Positions 47,676 to 55,969 of a stretch of DNA of 64,000 nt are shown here, in pieces. A program made the translations under genes and the position numbers. Source of the stretch: an uncultured Desulfobacteraceae bacterium (GTDB taxonomy: Bacteria > Desulfobacterota > DSM-4660 > Desulfatiglandales > B25-G16); contig CAZSWT010000002.1 of assembly GCA_964611035.1 (NCBI GenBank), forward strand, positions 7,437 through 71,436. Direction: 5' to 3'. Under the pieces are notes generated by a model, which searched no databases, was not told the origin of the DNA, and was given only the letters and a program-made list of their open reading frames with translations. The stretch's first letter is position 1; each line of letters opens with the position of its first letter.

Positions 47676-49595
47676 ATGGCAGAAAAGATAGAGGTAACAA
47701 AAGACCTCACTATCCCACAAGTATTTTTAAAAAGATGCAAAGAATATGGAGCTGGAAAAGTTGCCATGAGAGAGAAGGAGTTTGGGTTATGGCTGCCTTA
47801 CACATGGCAGGACTACTATGATAGGGTAAAATATCTATGCCTGGGAATGGTCAGCCTTGGACTAAAGAGAGGGGACAAGGTGGCCATGATTGGTGATAAC
47901 AGGCCGGAAGGTGTCTGGGCAGAGATGGCTGCTATGTGTGCTGGAGGCATACCGGTCTGGCTCTTTCAGGATTGTATGATGGATGAGGTCAAATATATAA
48001 TAGATCATTCAGATAGCAAATTCTTGGTAGGAGAAACTCAGGAGGAGGTTGATAAGGCATTAGCCATTATGCCTGATTGCCCAAAATTAGAATACGTAAT
48101 ATGGGATGACCCAAAGGGGATGAGGCGCTACCATCAGCCAAATTTAAAAAGCATAATAAAGACCCAGGAGCTTGGCAAGGAGCTTGATGAGAAGGAACCG
48201 GATCTATTTGAAAAAATGATTAATGAAGGCAATGGTCAAGAAATCTGTCTCCTGTTTTATACATCCGGCACAACTGCCCTCCCTAAAGGCGCCCTTCTAA
48301 CCCATTACAATATGCTGAGCATGGGTAAAAATCTCATGGCAGTTGACCCATGTTATGACACCGATGACTTTGTATCCTATCTTCCCTTTGCCTGGATCGG
48401 GGAGCAGATGATGTCCATATCCTGCGGCCTCCTGATGGGCTACACACTTAATTTCCCGGAGGAACCGGAAACATCCCAGCATAATATTCGAGAGATCGGG
48501 CCTCATGTAATGTTTGCTGCGCCACGGCTTTATGAGGGCCTGACCCGTCAGGTCCAGGTAAAATATCTGGATTCCACCTGGATAAAGAGAAAGGCATATG
48601 AAATAGCTACAAAGATAGGGTATCATGTAGCGGATCTAAAGTTTGAAAAGAAGCCTATTCCATGGTACTGGAACGCCCTGAATTACTTCGCTTATGCCAC
48701 CATGCAGAAGAAGCTCAAGGATCACCTTGGAATGTCGCGACTCCGACATTGTTATACGGGCGGCGCTGCAATGGGGCCTGAGCATTTTCGCTTTTTCCAT
48801 GCCCTGGGTGTAAACTTAAAACAAATATATGGCCAAACAGAGGTAGCTGGAATATCCGTTACACACAGGGATGGGGATATAAAATTTGACACGGTTGGAA
48901 CTCCTATTCCTGAAACGGAGGTGAATATCACAGAGGATGGAGAGATCATCTCCAAAAGCCCATCAGTATTTCAGGGTTACTATAAAAATGATGAAGAAAC
49001 AAAAAAGACATTAACGGATGGATGGCTTCACTCCAGTGATACCGGTTTTATCGACGATGATGGTCATTTAGTTGTCTTTGACAGGACAAAAGATGTTTTG
49101 AAACTGAATGATGGCAGGCCCTTTGCCCCCCAATATCTCGAGGCCAGGCTTAAATTCAGTCCCTATGTACAGGATGCCTGGGTTATCGGGGATAAATTAC
49201 CCTTTGTAACTGCTGTTATGTGTATTGATTATTCCGTTGTTGGCAAATGGGCAGATGAGCATAAGATTAACTATACAAGTTATCCGGAACTTTCCCAGGA
49301 CCCAAGGGTCTATGACCTTGTTCAGAAACAGATAGAAGAGGCCAATAAAGCGCTTCCTGAACCGGCCAGGATAAACAAATTTGTTAACCTCTACAAGGCA
49401 TTTGATGCAGATGATGAAGAATTGACCAGGACCAGCAAACTAAGGAGGGGTTTTATGGAACAGCGTTACAAGGATATTGTAGAGACCCTTTATAAGGATG
49501 CAGACACGGTCCACCTGGATATGACAATCACCTATGAGGATGGAAGGGAACAGCCTATAAAGACAGATCTGCGTATTCAAGAGATAAAGGCTTGA
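47676..49595 (+). CDS. AMP-forming acyl-CoA ligase (long-chain fatty-acid-CoA-ligase-like, 639 aa)
   Basis: LFYTSGTTALPKGA, YGQTE and HSSDTGFIDDDGHLVVFDRTKD. The start is 1 nt after the ATPase stop. Confidence 0.8.
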   Translation: MAEKIEVTKDLTIPQVFLKRCKEYGAGKVAMREKEFGLWLPYTWQDYYDRVKYLCLGMVSLGLKRGDKVAMIGDNRPEGVWAEMAAMCAGGIPVWLFQDCMMDEVKYIIDHSDSKFLVGETQEEVDKALAIMPDCPKLEYVIWDDPKGMRRYHQPNLKSIIKTQELGKELDEKEPDLFEKMINEGNGQEICLLFYTSGTTALPKGALLTHYNMLSMGKNLMAVDPCYDTDDFVSYLPFAWIGEQMMSISCGLLMGYTLNFPEEPETSQHNIREIGPHVMFAAPRLYEGLTRQVQVKYLDSTWIKRKAYEIATKIGYHVADLKFEKKPIPWYWNALNYFAYATMQKKLKDHLGMSRLRHCYTGGAAMGPEHFRFFHALGVNLKQIYGQTEVAGISVTHRDGDIKFDTVGTPIPETEVNITEDGEIISKSPSVFQGYYKNDEETKKTLTDGWLHSSDTGFIDDDGHLVVFDRTKDVLKLNDGRPFAPQYLEARLKFSPYVQDAWVIGDKLPFVTAVMCIDYSVVGKWADEHKINYTSYPELSQDPRVYDLVQKQIEEANKALPEPARINKFVNLYKAFDADDEELTRTSKLRRGFMEQRYKDIVETLYKDADTVHLDMTITYEDGREQPIKTDLRIQEIKA

Positions 49596-49648
49596 AGAGG
49601 AAGCAGTGGGCAATAAAGGGAAGGTATAAGGACTTTGACTTATAAATA

Positions 49649-50091
49649 CTAAACTCTAAATCCGAAATAATAAACAAATCCAAAGGACCAAAATTAAAAA
49701 TTCAAAACAGTATGATTTAGAAGACAGGACTTTAAAGTTTACAAAGGAGGTAATAGAGTTTGTTAAAAATCTACCAAGGACTATAGCTAATATTGAGATA
49801 ATAAAACAACTTGTCCGAGCTTCTGGTTCTGTGGGAGCAAATTATATCGAAGCGAATGAGGCCTTAAGTAAAAAAGATTTTGCCATGCGCATCAAGATTT
49901 GCCGAAAAGAAGCTAAAGAAAGCAGATATTGGCTGAGACTTATTGAAGTAAATGGGCCGGATGCTGAAAAACAAAGGAAATTATTGATTCAGGAGGCAAC
50001 TGAACTTATGAAAATCTTTGGCTCCATTCTGGAGAAGACAAAATAAGTTTTGATATTATGATTTTGTATTTTGAAATTGTTTAGAGTTTAG
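49649..50091 (+). mobile_element. IR-bounded four-helix-bundle gene cassette in the ligase-livH spacer
   Basis: CTAAACTCTAAA 49649-49660 pairs with TTTAGAGTTTAG 50080-50091 (perfect 12 nt). An inner pair TCAAAAC 49702-49708 / GTTTTGA 50047-50053 lies at the gene edges. Confidence 0.55.
49693..50046 (+). CDS. four-helix-bundle protein (23S rRNA IVS protein / Avd family); no canonical start codon for the full-length frame
   Basis: The frame is open from 49660: ...YDLEDRTLKFTKEVIEFVKNLPRTIANIEIIKQLVRASGSVGANYIEANEALSKKDFAMRIKICRKEAKESRYWLRLI... The only ATG/GTG/TTG is GTG 49831, in the middle of the fold. ATT 49693 lies 5 nt after AAGGA. Confidence 0.55.
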   Translation: MKNSKQYDLEDRTLKFTKEVIEFVKNLPRTIANIEIIKQLVRASGSVGANYIEANEALSKKDFAMRIKICRKEAKESRYWLRLIEVNGPDAEKQRKLLIQEATELMKIFGSILEKTK

Positions 50092-50164
50092 AAATTAGGA
50101 TTTAGGATTTTTCATACTTTACTGCGCGCATTACTTCTTACTAAACAAAAGGGGGTAGAAGAGA

Positions 50165-51049
50165 ATGGAATTATTTTTAATGACCTTTACTACCGGGATT
50201 ATGGTTGGAGGGATATATGCCTTAGTTGCACTTGGTTGGGTTCTGATATACAAATGTTCCGGTGTACTGAACCTGGCCATGGGTGAGCTGACCCTTATAG
50301 GGGCCTATGTCACAATTTATTTTTATTTAATGGGCGTTCCCTTCATTTTATGCATCTTGTTTACCCTGATCATTGGTATTATCCTCGGTATTTTAGTGGA
50401 ACGGATTTTCTTAGACAGGCTTATCGGAGAGCCGATCCTGGCCGTTATAATGGTAACCGTGGGTCTCTCTTTTTTCCTTAAAGGATTGGTTGGGTTTGTA
50501 TGGGGAGTAGATACCAGGGTCTTCACGCCAGCTATCTTTTCCCTTAAGCCATTTACCATCGGTTTTTTGAAGATCTCAACTGTCTATTTCTGGTCCTTTG
50601 TGCTGGCCATTGTTCTCTTTCTCGTTTTTGTTGCCTTTTTTAAATATACACGCTGGGGTCTTTCCATGCAGGCAACAGCAGACGATGAGACAGCCGCCCT
50701 ATCCCTTGGAGTAAGTGCCAGGTTTGTATATGCAGCATCCTGGGCTATTGCCTTTATGGCAGCGGGCGTTGGAGGAGCACTTTTAGGAAATATAAATGGT
50801 GTTAACATTACTATTGGCTTTTTAGGGTTATTGGTATTGCCCGCCGTGGTCCTCGGCGGCCTTAACTCCATTCCCGGGGCCATAGTAGGAGGACTATTAA
50901 TAGGAGTTTTGCAGAATTTTGCCGGCACTTACTTAGATCAGTATTTCCCCGGAGGGGTAAAAGAAGTCTTTCCCTTTGCATTTATGGCAGTATTTTTACT
51001 CTTCATGCCATATGGGCTCTGGGGTTGGATAAAGATAGAGAGGATGTAA
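50165..51049 (+). CDS. livH: Liv-type ABC transporter permease
   Basis: Polytopic membrane protein of the LivH/BPD family pattern (GELTLIGAY...; ...GGLNSIPGAIVGGLLIG). Confidence 0.85.
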   Translation: MELFLMTFTTGIMVGGIYALVALGWVLIYKCSGVLNLAMGELTLIGAYVTIYFYLMGVPFILCILFTLIIGIILGILVERIFLDRLIGEPILAVIMVTVGLSFFLKGLVGFVWGVDTRVFTPAIFSLKPFTIGFLKISTVYFWSFVLAIVLFLVFVAFFKYTRWGLSMQATADDETAALSLGVSARFVYAASWAIAFMAAGVGGALLGNINGVNITIGFLGLLVLPAVVLGGLNSIPGAIVGGLLIGVLQNFAGTYLDQYFPGGVKEVFPFAFMAVFLLFMPYGLWGWIKIERM

Positions 51050-51078
51050 ATTAGCAATGTAAAATTAGCAATTTAAAA

Positions 51079-51282
51079 ATGATATGGAGTTAGACGGAGG
51101 AGAGAAGAAGACCGGAGATGATATATAAAGAATGTAATCTAACAATGTAAAATTATCAATATAAAATTAGCAAGTTAAAAATGATATGGAGTTAGACGGA
51201 GGAGAGAAGAAGACCGGAGATGATATATAAAGAATGTAATCTAACAATGTAAAATTATCAATATAAAATTAGCAAGTTAAAA
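51079..51282 (+). repeat. two identical 102-bp tandem units (cassette arm plus a truncated 14-codon 5' end of the four-helix gene)
   Basis: 51079-51180 equals 51181-51282 base for base. A diverged third copy from 51283 runs into the intact gene. Confidence 0.9.
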
Positions 51283-51287
51283 ATGAT

Positions 51288-51665
51288 ATGGAGTTAGATG
51301 CAGGGGAGAAGAAGACTGGAGATAATATAGCAGAACGTTTACTTGATTTTGCCGTAAGAGTTATAAAACTTGTCAATGCGCTACCGAAAACAATTGTTGG
51401 GAGACATATAGCAGGCCAGCTTGTTAGGTCGGGAACATCTTGTGGATCTAATTATGAAGAATCTCGTGGGGCTGAATCCAGGGCAGATTTTATTCACAAA
51501 TTAGGTATTGCTTTAAAAGAGATTAAAGAATCACGTTTTTGGTTGAAAGTCATTTACCATGCTAAAATTATGAAGCCAGAACAAATTGAATCACTCATTG
51601 TAGAATGCGGGGAATTAGCTGCCATAATTGCAAAAAGCATAATTACAGCGAAAGCAAATAAATAA
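51288..51665 (+). CDS. four-helix-bundle protein (23S rRNA IVS protein / Avd family)
   Basis: MELDAGEKKTGDNIAERLLDFAVRVIKLVNALPKT...GQLVRSGTSCGSNYEESRGAESRADFIHKLGIALKEIKESRFWLKVI. Confidence 0.8.
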   Translation: MELDAGEKKTGDNIAERLLDFAVRVIKLVNALPKTIVGRHIAGQLVRSGTSCGSNYEESRGAESRADFIHKLGIALKEIKESRFWLKVIYHAKIMKPEQIESLIVECGELAAIIAKSIITAKANK

Positions 51666-51735
51666 TTTTCCAAATATTAATTTTTAATTGCTAATTGCTA
51701 ATTTTATATTTTAACTTGAATTAAGGAGATAATCT

Positions 51736-52833
51736 ATGTCAAGAGTTTGGCTTCCGTGCGGCTATTATCATGAAAACTATGCAAAGGATCAGGGTTGGTG
51801 GCAGACACCTGTGATAAAGGGGAAGATGATTTTACTTCTCCTGATTGTTTTTGTTGGATTTCCCTTATTTTTAGACGAATACTGGATCGGTGTGGCTAAC
51901 ATGATTGGCTACACTGCACTTGGTGCCCTTGGCGTACAGCTTTTGATAGGTTATGCAGGTTTGATAACCCTGGGACATGCCGCCTTTATAGCTGTAGGTG
52001 CCTATACAAGTACCATTTTAATCCTGCAATTTCCATGGCCAGAATTTTTAATTAACTGGGGCCTTGCATATCCCATCAGCATTGTAGTTGCTGCAATTGT
52101 TGCCGGCCTGTGGAGTGTTCTCTTTGGGCTTCCTTCTGCCAGGGTCAAGGGATTTTACCTTATTTTAACTACCATGGCCGCCCAGTTTATCACAGTGGAC
52201 TTTATCCTGACCCAGTATGTAAGCCGAATTGGCGGCAGAGGACAGGCATTTTCCCTTCCACCAGGCACAATTAAGATAGGTCCCTGGGTTATAGATACGG
52301 ATTTGAAGGTATATTTTTTAATGATTATCGTTTTGACCCTTACGGTTATGATTATGGCAAATCTCCTCAGAACCAGGGTTGGAAGGGCCTGGGTTGCAAT
52401 AAGGGACAATGATATTGCAGCAGAGACCCTTGGCATTAATATTATCTGGTATAAATTGCTGAATTTCTTTGTGGCAGGATGTATAGCCGGTGTTGCAGGG
52501 GCGTTTTGGGTGGCCAACTTAGCGGCCCTGAGCCCGGAGCATTTTCCATGGTTCTGGTCTCTTTGGCTGGTAGGTGTAATACTAATCGGCGGGGCAGGGA
52601 TTGATGGCGCCATTTTTGGCTCTATATTTATGGTTATGGTCTTAGAAATTTTGCAGATGTTAGCTATGCCAGCTTCTGAAATATTTCCAAAGATCCTGAT
52701 TGATTTTGCCTTTTTAAAGGATATGGCCTTTGGCCTTGCAATATGTGCCTTCTTGATCTATGAGCCTCGAGGACTTTCTTATAGATGGTGGCAGGCCAAA
52801 AATTATTTTAACCTGTGGCCGTTTTCGTATTAA
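51736..52833 (+). CDS. livM: Liv-type ABC transporter permease
   Basis: Polytopic membrane protein with LLIGYAGLITLGHAAF and RVGRAWVAIRDNDIAAETLGIN, typical of LivM. SD AAGGAG. Confidence 0.85.
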   Translation: MSRVWLPCGYYHENYAKDQGWWQTPVIKGKMILLLLIVFVGFPLFLDEYWIGVANMIGYTALGALGVQLLIGYAGLITLGHAAFIAVGAYTSTILILQFPWPEFLINWGLAYPISIVVAAIVAGLWSVLFGLPSARVKGFYLILTTMAAQFITVDFILTQYVSRIGGRGQAFSLPPGTIKIGPWVIDTDLKVYFLMIIVLTLTVMIMANLLRTRVGRAWVAIRDNDIAAETLGINIIWYKLLNFFVAGCIAGVAGAFWVANLAALSPEHFPWFWSLWLVGVILIGGAGIDGAIFGSIFMVMVLEILQMLAMPASEIFPKILIDFAFLKDMAFGLAICAFLIYEPRGLSYRWWQAKNYFNLWPFSY

Positions 52834-52864
52834 TGAAGCTATTGCAAAATATGCTTGAGAAAAT

Positions 52865-52990
52865 GTCATTGGGAGAAGAGATATTCTTATTTAGTCATTG
52901 CGAGGAGCGGGCTTTGGCACTTGGTCATTGCGAGGAGTGGATATTCTCATTTGGTCATTGCGAGGAGGCCAGAGGCCGACGAAGCAATCT
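52865..52990 (+). repeat. tandem array (period 29-30 bp, four units) of the GTCATTG(C/G)GAGGAG left palindrome arm
   Basis: Units start at 52865 (degenerate), 52894, 52924 and 52954. Only the last continues into ...CCGACGAAGCAATCT. Confidence 0.75.
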
Positions 52991-53345
52991 TGGAAGTTCC
53001 GCAATCTTAAAAAAGTATAAATGAAGAGACAGTATTATGTCTATATATTGACCAACAAACATAATACCGTTCTCTACACAGGTATAACAAACGATCTGAA
53101 AAGAAGAGTTTACGAACATAAAGAAAAACTTGTTGATGGGTTTACAAAGAAATACAACATTACAAAATTGGTATACTATGAAGTTTTCGAAGACCCTGAA
53201 AATGCCATATTGAGAGAGAAACAGATAAAGGCTGGTTCAAGGCAAAAGAAAATCGACCTGATTAACAGCATAAATAGAGAATGGATTAATTTGTATGAGA
53301 AAATATGAGATTGCTTCGTCCCGATGAATCGGGACTCGCAATGAC
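52954..53345 (+). mobile_element. GIY-YIG gene carried in the loop of a GTCATTGCGAG...CGAAGCAATCT palindrome
   Basis: The left arm is GTCATTGCGAGGAGGCCAGAGGCCGACGAAGCAATCT (52954-52990). The right arm is AGATTGCTTCGTCCCGATGAATCGGGACTCGCAATGAC (53308-53345) and overlaps the stop codon. Confidence 0.55.
53021..53308 (+). CDS. GIY-YIG nuclease-domain protein (95 aa)
   Basis: YYVYILTNKHNTVLYTGITNDLKRRVYEHK...YYEVFEDPENAILREKQIK. Confidence 0.85.
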   Translation: MKRQYYVYILTNKHNTVLYTGITNDLKRRVYEHKEKLVDGFTKKYNITKLVYYEVFEDPENAILREKQIKAGSRQKKIDLINSINREWINLYEKI

Positions 53346-53356
53346 GAAGTGTCAAT

Positions 53357-53398
53357 GTCATTGCGAGCGAATTTACGAAACGTTTTAATAGCAATGAC
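53357..53398. repeat. short gene-less GTCATTGCGAG...GCAATGAC hairpin
   Basis: GTCATTGCGAGCGAATTTACGAAACGTTTTAATAGCAATGAC. Confidence 0.55.
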
Positions 53399-53430
53399 TT
53401 TTTATTTTTTATCAGGTATACTTGATAAAT

Positions 53431-53568
53431 TCGTAAAAAGTCAAAAATGGGATGGCAAAGTAAAAAGTTCCAAATGCAAGGCTTGCGAATCTTGAGGAAT
53501 GAGGCGTACTTACCAGTACGCGCAATGACAAAAGATGAAGCGTAACGTAGCAGTTGGACTTTTTACGA
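53431..53568. repeat. MITE-like palindromic element (CGTAAAAAGTC family)
   Basis: Arms are TCGTAAAAAGTC (53431) and GACTTTTTACGA (53558-53568). Confidence 0.6.
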
Positions 53569-53590
53569 AGTCGTCATACGTGATTCATTC

Positions 53591-53730
53591 CTAAAAAGTC
53601 ATGAACCGGGGTCATTGCGAGGAGCATAGCGACGAAGCAATCTAATAAATACAATAAGTTATGCTATATGAGATTGCTTCGTCCCGATGAATCGGGACTC
53701 GCAATGACATGCTTTTTGACTTTTTACGAG
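53591..53730. repeat. CTAAAAAGTCA...TGACTTTTTACGAG element enclosing a gene-less GTCATTGCGAG palindrome (53611-53708)
   Basis: Inner element: GTCATTGCGAGGAGCATAGCGACGAAGCAATCT, a 27-nt loop, then AGATTGCTTCGTCCCGATGAATCGGGACTCGCAATGAC. The right arm is identical to that of the GIY-YIG cassette. Confidence 0.7.
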
Positions 53731-53832
53731 ATATTTATATAACAGTTGAAAGGAGGTGAATTACAGGGATAATATAACAATTATTGTTTAGGCGGGTTTA
53801 ATTTTTATTTATCTTTTAAAAAGGGGGAAGCA

Positions 53833-55113
53833 ATGAAGATGAAAAAGATTTTAATTGTTTTATGTGCCGTTGTATTTTTGTTTGGCCTATCATCTATGGC
53901 TTTAGCCAAGGTGATAAAGGTAGGTGGCATTAAGGATACAACAGGTGCTACGTCTGATGTGGGAAAAGACGCCGCACTCGGTCAGGAAGAATTCTGGGCG
54001 CACTATGTAAACGATCATGGTGGCATTAATGGAAAGAAAGTAAAATATATCTGGTTTGACTATGGTTACCGAATCCCTGAGGCCCTTACCAAATATAAGC
54101 TCCTTAAAAGGATGAAAGTTCTCGCTATCATGGGATGGGGAACAGGTGATACCGAGGCCCTTTCACCGACTATCAATAGGGATAAGATTCCCTATGTATC
54201 GGATTCCTACTCTGCTCACCTCACACGGCCAAAAGACTGGGTAGGAAAGGATGGAAAAAAACATGGGGGCACAGCCTATAACCTGTTTTTTTCATCCGAT
54301 TACTCCACCAATGCCAGATCCTGTTTGACAGCCTGGTATGACAAGAAATGGAAACCAAGGGGAGAGAGCAGGAAGCCCCGTCTTGCATGTTGCTATATGT
54401 TTGGCTCTCCGTATGCAAGCGCCCCTATTGCTGCTATCAAGAACCATGCTGAGCTGCTCGGTTTTGATATAGGCAAGGATCAGGATGTGAGTCTATTTGC
54501 CATTGATACCAAGAGCCAGATCATGGCGCTTCAAAAGTTTAAGCCGGATATCATCTGGCACGGAAACACAACTATGTCGGTGTCTGCCACCATAAGGGAT
54601 GCATATGCCCTGGGGTTACGGGCGGATCATATCGTTAACAACTGGGGTTTTGATGAAAACCTACCGCGCCTTGCCGGAGAGGCTATGAATGCAAAGGATG
54701 CACTGTGTGTAATGGGTGCAACTCCTAATGGTTTTTATGGACAAAAATGCGACTTGATGGATGAGGTGGTAAAGTATGCCAAGAAAATCAATCCTGGTGT
54801 CCCTCAGAAAAAGCGTATATGCAGAACTGTTCAGGGTTGGTCCAATGGCCTTGTCCTCTGGGAAGCGATGAAACGGGCAGATAAGGCAGGCGATCTAACC
54901 GGCCCAGGAATTATGAAAAAGGGCTTTGAAACCATGCGGGATTTCCATATCGGTTTATGTACTGGTAATGTTACCTATACAGCCAATGACCATAGGCCAA
55001 CAGGAGGTTGCTGGGTTCAGGAATGGAAAGACGGCAAGTTTCAGAAGGTGGACTTTGTTAATGTGAAAGAGCGGTGGCCAAAACAATGGGCCTCTGAATG
55101 GCACGGATGGTAA
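53833..55113 (+). CDS. ABC transporter periplasmic substrate-binding protein (LivK/Peripla_BP_6-like)
   Basis: Signal peptide MKMKKILIVLCAVVFLFGLSSMALA. About 400-aa periplasmic protein encoded between the permease and ATPase genes. Confidence 0.8.
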   Translation: MKMKKILIVLCAVVFLFGLSSMALAKVIKVGGIKDTTGATSDVGKDAALGQEEFWAHYVNDHGGINGKKVKYIWFDYGYRIPEALTKYKLLKRMKVLAIMGWGTGDTEALSPTINRDKIPYVSDSYSAHLTRPKDWVGKDGKKHGGTAYNLFFSSDYSTNARSCLTAWYDKKWKPRGESRKPRLACCYMFGSPYASAPIAAIKNHAELLGFDIGKDQDVSLFAIDTKSQIMALQKFKPDIIWHGNTTMSVSATIRDAYALGLRADHIVNNWGFDENLPRLAGEAMNAKDALCVMGATPNGFYGQKCDLMDEVVKYAKKINPGVPQKKRICRTVQGWSNGLVLWEAMKRADKAGDLTGPGIMKKGFETMRDFHIGLCTGNVTYTANDHRPTGGCWVQEWKDGKFQKVDFVNVKERWPKQWASEWHGW

Positions 55114-55129
55114 ACAAGGAGGTTTCCAA

Positions 55130-55939
55130 TTGGAAGCAGCAGAAAAGATATTAATGGTAAATAATATTGAGGTCAAATACCATGAGGTGATCCTTGTGCT
55201 CAAGGGTGTCTCTATTGAAATCCCAAGAGGTGGTATAGTTGCCCTCTTGGGTGCCAACGGAGCAGGTAAAAGCACAACCCTGAAATCCATTTCCGGACTC
55301 CTTAAGGTGGAGGTTGGAGAGGTTACTGATGGGGCCATTGAGTTTGAAGGTGTGCGGATACACAAAAAAACTGCGGTAGAGATTGCCAAGATGGGTATTA
55401 TACAGGTAATTGAAGGCCGCAGGGTATTTGAGCATCTCACCGTTGAGGAGAACCTCAAGGTTGGGGCGCATTTGAGAAAGTCAGGGTCTGTCAAGGATGG
55501 ATTGGAGCTGGTCTACCACTATTTTCCCAGGCTAAGGGAAAAGAGGAGTGAAGTTGCAGGATTTGTGAGCGGAGGAGAGCAGCAGATGGCGGTAGTCGGC
55601 AGGGCCCTGATGACAGAGCCCAAGCTGGTACTATTAGATGAGCCATCTATGGGACTTGCCCCTATGTTAATCCATGAGATATTCAATATCTTAACGAGGC
55701 TTAACAAGGACGAACACATATCTATTCTTCTGGTTGAGCAAAATGTAAAGCTGGCCCTGAATGTGGCCCCATACGCATATGTAATGGAAACCGGGCGTAT
55801 TGTCATGGATGATACGTCTGAAAGATTAAAAGAAAATGAAGATATTAAGGATTTTTATCTCGGGCTCTCTGAAAAAGGAAAGTCAAAGAGCTTCGCAGAG
55901 GTAAAACACTATAAGAGAAGAAAAAGATGGCTAACGTAG
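55130..55939 (+). CDS. livF: Liv-type ABC transporter ATP-binding protein
   Basis: GANGAGKST, SGGEQQMAVVGRAL and LVLLDEPSMGLAP. TTG start lies 7 nt after AAGGAGG. Confidence 0.85.
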   Translation: MEAAEKILMVNNIEVKYHEVILVLKGVSIEIPRGGIVALLGANGAGKSTTLKSISGLLKVEVGEVTDGAIEFEGVRIHKKTAVEIAKMGIIQVIEGRRVFEHLTVEENLKVGAHLRKSGSVKDGLELVYHYFPRLREKRSEVAGFVSGGEQQMAVVGRALMTEPKLVLLDEPSMGLAPMLIHEIFNILTRLNKDEHISILLVEQNVKLALNVAPYAYVMETGRIVMDDTSERLKENEDIKDFYLGLSEKGKSKSFAEVKHYKRRKRWLT

Positions 55940-55969
55940 CCCTAAAATTTAAATAGGGAGGTTTTTATT

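Larger units (their letters stand above)
51050..51708 (+). mobile_element. IR-bounded four-helix-bundle gene cassette with duplicated 5' junction, in the livH-livM spacer
   Basis: It begins immediately after the livH stop. TATAAAATTAGCAA (51160 and 51262) pairs with TTGCTAATTTTATA 51695-51708 (perfect 14 nt). Confidence 0.55.

Noticed and set aside
42465-51665. Avd-like four-helix-bundle genes as markers of a diversity-generating retroelement
   Set aside because: I could find no reverse transcriptase ORF and no template/variable repeat pair with adenine-specific differences in the window. The genes are instead embedded in IR stems.
52911-52930. TGGCAC...TTGC resembling a sigma54 -24/-12 promoter
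   Set aside because: The GG-to-GC spacing is two bases too long for the consensus, and the sequence is part of the tandem palindrome arms.
52865-52990. A 29-30-bp periodic repeat that superficially resembles a small CRISPR array
   Set aside because: There are only four units. The variable parts are about 15 nt, the repeat equals the arm of a palindromic element found elsewhere, and there are no cas genes in the window.
52815-53024. 69-aa ORF with a repeated HCEE peptide (SHCEERALALGHCEEWIFSFGHCEEARGRRSNL)
   Set aside because: It is simply the translation of the tandem GTCATTGCGAGGAG arm array and overlaps the livM stop. There is no independent coding evidence.
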